From an uncultured Acidobacteriota bacterium (GTDB taxonomy: Bacteria > Acidobacteriota > Thermoanaerobaculia > Gp7-AA8), in the NCBI GenBank assembly GCA_963822445.1, contig CAWGHO010000002.1:1568001-1632000 (forward strand): a DNA stretch of 64,000 bases. Reading direction: 5' to 3'. The position numbers and the translations under genes were made by a program. The notes beneath the pieces are model-generated. The model searched no databases. It was given only the letters and a program-made list of their open reading frames with translations, and was not told the origin of the DNA. Shown piece by piece: positions 59,590 through 64,000 of this stretch (positions are counted from its first letter, which is position 1; every line of letters starts with the position of its first letter).

Positions 59590-60429
59590 ATGCGCCCGCC
59601 GGTCACCGCCCTGATCCACACGCTCAACGAGATCGAGAACATCGAGGACTGTCTCCGCTCGGTCGAATGGGCGGACGAGATCTATCTGATGGACTCCTTC
59701 TCGACCGACGGCACGATCGAGCTCGTCCGCAAGACCTTCCCCCGAGTCCGCATCGAACAGCGCGAATACCTCGGCGCAGCCTCACAGAAAAACTACGCCA
59801 TCGACCGCGCCGCGAACGACTGGATCTTCGTCATCGACGCCGACGAGCGGATCACACCGGAACTGCGCACGGAGTTGCTGCGGACGCTCGAAGGACCGCT
59901 GACTTACTGGGCGTACTCGGTCGGCCGCCGCAATTTCATGTTGGGGAAGGAAGTGAAGTACTCCGGCCTGCAGCGCGACCGCGTGACGCGTCTCTTTCAT
60001 CGCGGTCATGCGCGCTACCCGAACAAACGCGTGCACGCCGACCTGCTCGTCGACGGCGAGACCGGGCATCTGCGGCAGAAGATGCTGCACTTCTACATCC
60101 GCACCTTCGATCACATGATCGCGAAGATGACCCGCTACGCGAACTGGGGCGCGGCGCAGATGTACATCGACGGGAAGACCACGAGCGTGTGGGGCATCTT
60201 CAGCCATCCGTTCGGCAAGTTCGTGCGCGACTACATCCTCAATGGCGGATTTCTCGACGGCTCGCGCGGCCTGATCTCCGTCGGCATGCACGTCTACTAC
60301 ACGTTCTGGAAGTACGCGAAGCTGTGGGAGCTGACGCAGCTGCGGAAGCTCGGCAAACCGGTGCCGCTGCCGTCGCTCGATGAGTCGGAGGAGCGCTGGG
60401 AATTGCCGTGGGAGAAGAAGGCGACTTAG
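59590..60429 (+). CDS. Glycosyltransferase family 2 (LPS-associated type)
   Basis: NEIENIEDCL, DSFSTDGT, QKN, IDADER and VH. Confidence 0.9.
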   Translation: MRPPVTALIHTLNEIENIEDCLRSVEWADEIYLMDSFSTDGTIELVRKTFPRVRIEQREYLGAASQKNYAIDRAANDWIFVIDADERITPELRTELLRTLEGPLTYWAYSVGRRNFMLGKEVKYSGLQRDRVTRLFHRGHARYPNKRVHADLLVDGETGHLRQKMLHFYIRTFDHMIAKMTRYANWGAAQMYIDGKTTSVWGIFSHPFGKFVRDYILNGGFLDGSRGLISVGMHVYYTFWKYAKLWELTQLRKLGKPVPLPSLDESEERWELPWEKKAT

Positions 60430-61688
60430 TCGACCGCTTCCACGTTCACCCGCAACCCCTCCACGCTTCGAATCCGAACGCGCGATCCTTCGGCGATGGC
60501 GCTGCTCGCCGTCGCGTTCCAGAGCTCGCCGCGTACGAAGACTTTCCCGTCTGCGGCGACGGGCGTGCGCGCGACGCCGACCTCGCCGATCATCGCCTCG
60601 CTGCCGGTGACGACCGGGTTCTTGTGTGCTCGCAACACGAGTGTCATCAGAAACACAGCGATCGCGCCGATGGGGATGCTCACCGCGAGCGCGGTCAGGA
60701 ACTTCACGCGCATCTCCGGAATCGGTCCGTCGACGAGCAGCATCGCTCCGACGATCATGCAGATCACGCCTCCGGTGCCGAGGATGCCGTACGACGTGAA
60801 TTTCGCTTCCAGGGCGAACAGGGCGAAGGCGGCGAGGATCAGCGCGAAGGCCGCGAAACGCGTCGGCAGCAGATTGAGGGCGAAGACGGAGAGCAGGATC
60901 GCGATCAGACCGACCACGCCCGGGAGGATCGCGCCGGGATGATTGAACTCGGCCCACAGCGCGAGCATGCCCAGGGACATCAGAATGAAGGCGACGTTCG
61001 GATCCATGATCCAGGAGAGGACGCGCTGCTTGAGCGTCATCTCGTACTTTGTCAGCGGCTGGCCGGTCAGCTTCAGCACCGAGGTCGTTCCGTTGAAGCG
61101 CCTGACCGTCCGGCCGTCGGCCCATTTCACGAGCGAAGGGATGTCCGCGGCCACGACTTCGATCAGCTTCTGCGCGAGGGCCTCGTCTTCGGTGAACGAC
61201 TTCGCCTGACGCACGCCGCTTTCAGCCGCGGCGACGTTGCGGCCGCGGCGGTGGGCGAGGCTGCGGATCAGCGCCGCGGCGTCCTCCTGCATCTTCATCT
61301 TCATGATGTCGTCGAGCTTCTCGCCGAAGAGCACGGGATGGGCGGCGCCGGTGTTGGTGCCGGGAGCCATCGAGGCGATGTCCGCGGCTTCGAGGATGAA
61401 AAAGCCGGCTGACGCCGCGCGGGAGCCGCTCGGGCCGACCCAGATGATCACCGGGACCGGCGACTTGATGATCTTCTCCACGATCTCGCGCATCGAGGTC
61501 TCGAGACCGCCGGGCGTGCGCAGCTCGATGATCACCGCCGAGGCTTTTTTCGCCGCTGCCTCGTCGAGCGCGCGGCCGAGGAACTCGTCGCTGATCGGAT
61601 GAATGATGTCGTCGAGCTCGACGTGGATCACGTCGGCGTTTGCGACGAACGCGAAGAGCAGCAGGACCGCGGAGAGCAGGAATCGCAT
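60426..61688 (-). CDS. nfeD: NfeD family membrane-bound serine protease
   Basis: TPGG, AASAG, GAAHPV, TM region and C-terminal OB fold (G.VFVRGELW.A). Confidence 0.9.
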   Translation of the reverse strand: MRFLLSAVLLLFAFVANADVIHVELDDIIHPISDEFLGRALDEAAAKKASAVIIELRTPGGLETSMREIVEKIIKSPVPVIIWVGPSGSRAASAGFFILEAADIASMAPGTNTGAAHPVLFGEKLDDIMKMKMQEDAAALIRSLAHRRGRNVAAAESGVRQAKSFTEDEALAQKLIEVVAADIPSLVKWADGRTVRRFNGTTSVLKLTGQPLTKYEMTLKQRVLSWIMDPNVAFILMSLGMLALWAEFNHPGAILPGVVGLIAILLSVFALNLLPTRFAAFALILAAFALFALEAKFTSYGILGTGGVICMIVGAMLLVDGPIPEMRVKFLTALAVSIPIGAIAVFLMTLVLRAHKNPVVTGSEAMIGEVGVARTPVAADGKVFVRGELWNATASSAIAEGSRVRIRSVEGLRVNVEAVD

Positions 61689-61693
61689 TGACG

Positions 61694-61794
61694 AGTCGTT
61701 AGTCGTTAGTGGTTAGTCGTTAGTAGAACGAACGGGTTTCACGCATGTTCGTTCTCAGTCTACTAACGACTAACGACTAACCACTAACGACTAA
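61694..61794. repeat. Inverted heptamer tandem repeat hairpin
   Basis: (AGTCGTT)~4 ... (AACGACT)~4; includes the dnaB stop. Confidence 0.88.
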
Positions 61795-63188
61795 TTGGGC
61801 GAGTAGTCCGGCTGCGGCTCGTAGTTGAAGAACTTGGTGATGTCGTTGCGGAAGACGAGCTTGAAGTCGCCGATGGGGCCGTTGCGCTGTTTGGCGATGA
61901 TGATCTCGGCGATGCCCTTCTCTTCCGTTTCCTTGTTGTAGACCTCGTCGCGGTAGATGAAGCAGACCAGATCGGCGTCCTGCTCGATCGCGCCCGATTC
62001 GCGGAGGTCGGAGAGCTGCGGCCGATGATCGCCCATGCGTTGCTCGGGACGGCGGGAGAGCTGGGAGAGGGCCAGCAGGGGCACGTTCAGTTCCTTGGCG
62101 ATGGCCTTGAGGCCGCGCGAGATCTGCGAGATCTCCTGCTGCCGCGACTCGATCTTCCCCTTCACGGCCATGAGCTGGAGGTAGTCGACCATGATCATGT
62201 CCAGGCCGGCTTCCATCTTCAGGCGCCGGGCCTTGGCGCGCATCTCCATCGGATCCATGCCCGGCGTGTCGTCGACGAAGATTCGCCCTTTCGCCAGCCG
62301 CTGCGCGGCATCGGCGAGATCGCGCCAGTTGCGCTCCGACAACATGCCCGAGCGGATGAGGTGATTGGAGACGCCCGATTCCGAGGAGAGCATGCGCAGG
62401 CCGATCTGCTCTTTCGACATTTCGAGGGAGAACACGCCCACGGCCTGGAGGCGCGAGGCCCCGGTGCGCGGCTGGCCGTCCTTGCCGGGGATGGCGATGG
62501 ACTCGGCGATGTTCATCATGAAACTCGTCTTTCCCATCGAGGGCCTGGCCGCGAGGATGATCAGGTCCTGCGGCTGGAAGCCCGATGTGAACTCGTCGAA
62601 GCGCTCGTAGCCGGTGGGGACGCCGGTGAGGAGTTTGCCGGCGCTGTGGATCTGCTCGATGGCGGTCATGTTGCCGCGAGTGATCTTGTCGAGGCTGACG
62701 AAGCCTTTGTCGGTCGAGCCTTCGGCGATCTCGTACAGCGACTTCTCGGCGATGGAGAGCACGTCGCCGGGCTCGCTGGGCGCGTCGAGCGCGGCGCGCA
62801 TGACGCTGTTGCCCATGACGATGAGGCGGCGCAGGGTCGATTTTTCTTTGACGATGTGCGCGTAGCGCTCGACGTTGGCGATGTCGGGCACGACGTCGAC
62901 GAGTGAGGTGATGTAGGCGTACCCGCCGACGCTGTCGAGCAGGGCGTGCTTGGCCAGCTCTTCCTTGACGGTGAGGATGTCGATGGCCCGGCTCTGCTCG
63001 GCGAGCAGGCGCATGGTGGCGAAGATGGTGCGATTGCCGTCCTTGAAGAAATCGCCCGTGTCGACGATGCCGATGACCCGGTAGAAGGCGTTGTTGTTGA
63101 TGAGGATCGAGCCGAGAACCGCGCGCTCGGCATCGGGGCTCTGCGGCATCTGCCGGTCGAGCGCTACGTCGATCTGGGCTACGGACAT
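61791..63188 (-). CDS. dnaB: Replicative DNA helicase
   Basis: AERAVLG, AARPSMGKT, FSLEM, VDYLQLM, LSQLSR and DLRESGAIEQDAD. Confidence 0.97.
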   Translation of the reverse strand: MSVAQIDVALDRQMPQSPDAERAVLGSILINNNAFYRVIGIVDTGDFFKDGNRTIFATMRLLAEQSRAIDILTVKEELAKHALLDSVGGYAYITSLVDVVPDIANVERYAHIVKEKSTLRRLIVMGNSVMRAALDAPSEPGDVLSIAEKSLYEIAEGSTDKGFVSLDKITRGNMTAIEQIHSAGKLLTGVPTGYERFDEFTSGFQPQDLIILAARPSMGKTSFMMNIAESIAIPGKDGQPRTGASRLQAVGVFSLEMSKEQIGLRMLSSESGVSNHLIRSGMLSERNWRDLADAAQRLAKGRIFVDDTPGMDPMEMRAKARRLKMEAGLDMIMVDYLQLMAVKGKIESRQQEISQISRGLKAIAKELNVPLLALSQLSRRPEQRMGDHRPQLSDLRESGAIEQDADLVCFIYRDEVYNKETEEKGIAEIIIAKQRNGPIGDFKLVFRNDITKFFNYEPQPDYSPN

Positions 63189-63298
63189 TGGAAGAGTGGC
63201 GCGGAGTCTAGGACCCTTTTTCCGGGTGCGAACCGGCTCCGCAGCTTTTCCTGTCACCCCCTCCCGCGCGGTACCACGAGTGTCGCGATCTCAGCACG

Positions 63299-63307
63299 TT
63301 TTCCACA
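63299..63307 (+). promoter_or_regulatory. Possible DnaA box upstream of dnaB
   Basis: TTTTCCACA matches TTWTNCACA; single copy. Confidence 0.35.
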
Positions 63308-63462
63308 GGTGTGCAAAACGAAAAAAGCCGCTTGACACGAAATCTCCCGCCGAGGGGGATCGCTCTACAACCCGTAGAGTTCGGAATGACCTCCGGACCC
63401 ACCCTGTTGGTCGCCGCGGAACCATACCGAGCCGACCTTCGTCTCACCACTCCGGAGGATTC

Positions 63463-64000
63463 ATGACACGTAACTCACTCACTGCGCTTCTGCTTGCCGC
63501 CGCGCTGCCGGTCTTTGCCCAGCAGCCCGCGCCGGCGGCAGCGCCCGCGCAGGCAACAGGCGGAGGCGACGCCGTAGTCGCGTCCGTCAACGGCGAGACC
63601 ATCACCCGAGCCAAGCTCGACTTTCTGTGGGAGCGGGCCGGCACCCAGACCCGCGCCCGCTACGACAAGAACGGCGGCGGCAAGATGGGCTTCCTCGAGA
63701 ACTACATCAAGAAGCGCCTGATGCTGCAGGAAGCCCTCAAGAAGAGCTTCCAGGAGCAGGCTGCCACCAAGGCCGAGCTCGAAGCGGCGCAGGAGTCGGC
63801 GCTGTTCGACCTCTACATCCGGGACGTGGTGGCCACGCCGATCGTGAGCGAGGCCGCCATCCGCCAGTTCTACGACGAGAACAAAGCGGAGTTCCGCGTT
63901 CCGGCGCGGGCCCGCATCCGCCACATCCTTGCCGCCACCGGCGACAAGACGCCGAGCGAGGCCCGCGAGAAACTTGCCGCGGTCATGCAGGAGCTGGCGC
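63463..64000 (+). CDS. SurA/PpiC-type peptidylprolyl isomerase (3' truncated by window; missing from ORF track)
   Basis: GGAGG RBS; MTRNSLTALLLAAALPVFAQ signal, VASVNGETIT, FYDENK.EF and RIRHIL. Confidence 0.85.
   Translation, partial: MTRNSLTALLLAAALPVFAQQPAPAAAPAQATGGGDAVVASVNGETITRAKLDFLWERAGTQTRARYDKNGGGKMGFLENYIKKRLMLQEALKKSFQEQAATKAELEAAQESALFDLYIRDVVATPIVSEAAIRQFYDENKAEFRVPARARIRHILAATGDKTPSEAREKLAAVMQELA

Noticed and set aside
59402-59619. ORF extensions through the 59.4-59.6 kb intergenic region
   Set aside because: They are translations of the inverted repeat; better starts exist at 59401 and 59590.
63190-63460. oriC next to dnaB
   Set aside because: Only one DnaA-box match, no AT-rich unwinding element and no dnaA; the TTGACA at 63332 has no properly spaced -10.

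Overview
High-GC bacterial chromosomal window. The gene repertoire (VWA proteins, YfhO pair, ELWxxDGT protein, PilZ paralogs) suggests Acidobacteriota, probably Thermoanaerobaculia; this is inference only. 1-14.3 kb is accessory: secreted or unknown proteins, including an ~820-aa helical protein that resembles fern IPD083/PtIP-83-type insecticidal proteins. 14.3-20.9 kb is a glycosyltransferase/sulfotransferase/ABC exporter cluster. 20.9-22.8 kb holds small toxin-antitoxin-like cassettes separated by three degenerate copies of the 3' end of tRNA-Gln(CUG). 23-64 kb is mostly core: CoA-transferase, HAD, histidine kinase flanked by two PilZ paralogs, SLT, mtgA, cutA, two YfhO, sulfite oxidase plus cytochrome c, uvrA, a RAYT transposase with REPs, an unknown+Prim-Pol+ligase operon, nei, lhr, nfeD, dnaB and a PpiC protein. 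The most striking signal is at 49.8-50.7 kb, a dual-coding locus. A catalytically degenerate Doc/Fic protein with a histone-H1-like N-terminus is overprinted for 428 nt by a second Lys-rich ORF that ends in an antitoxin-like helix. Several genes (lhr, an MBL hydrolase, the Prim-Pol gene, the ELWxxDGT gene) carry single-base indels that look like sequencing or consensus errors. All family calls come from motif recognition by eye; no searches were run.
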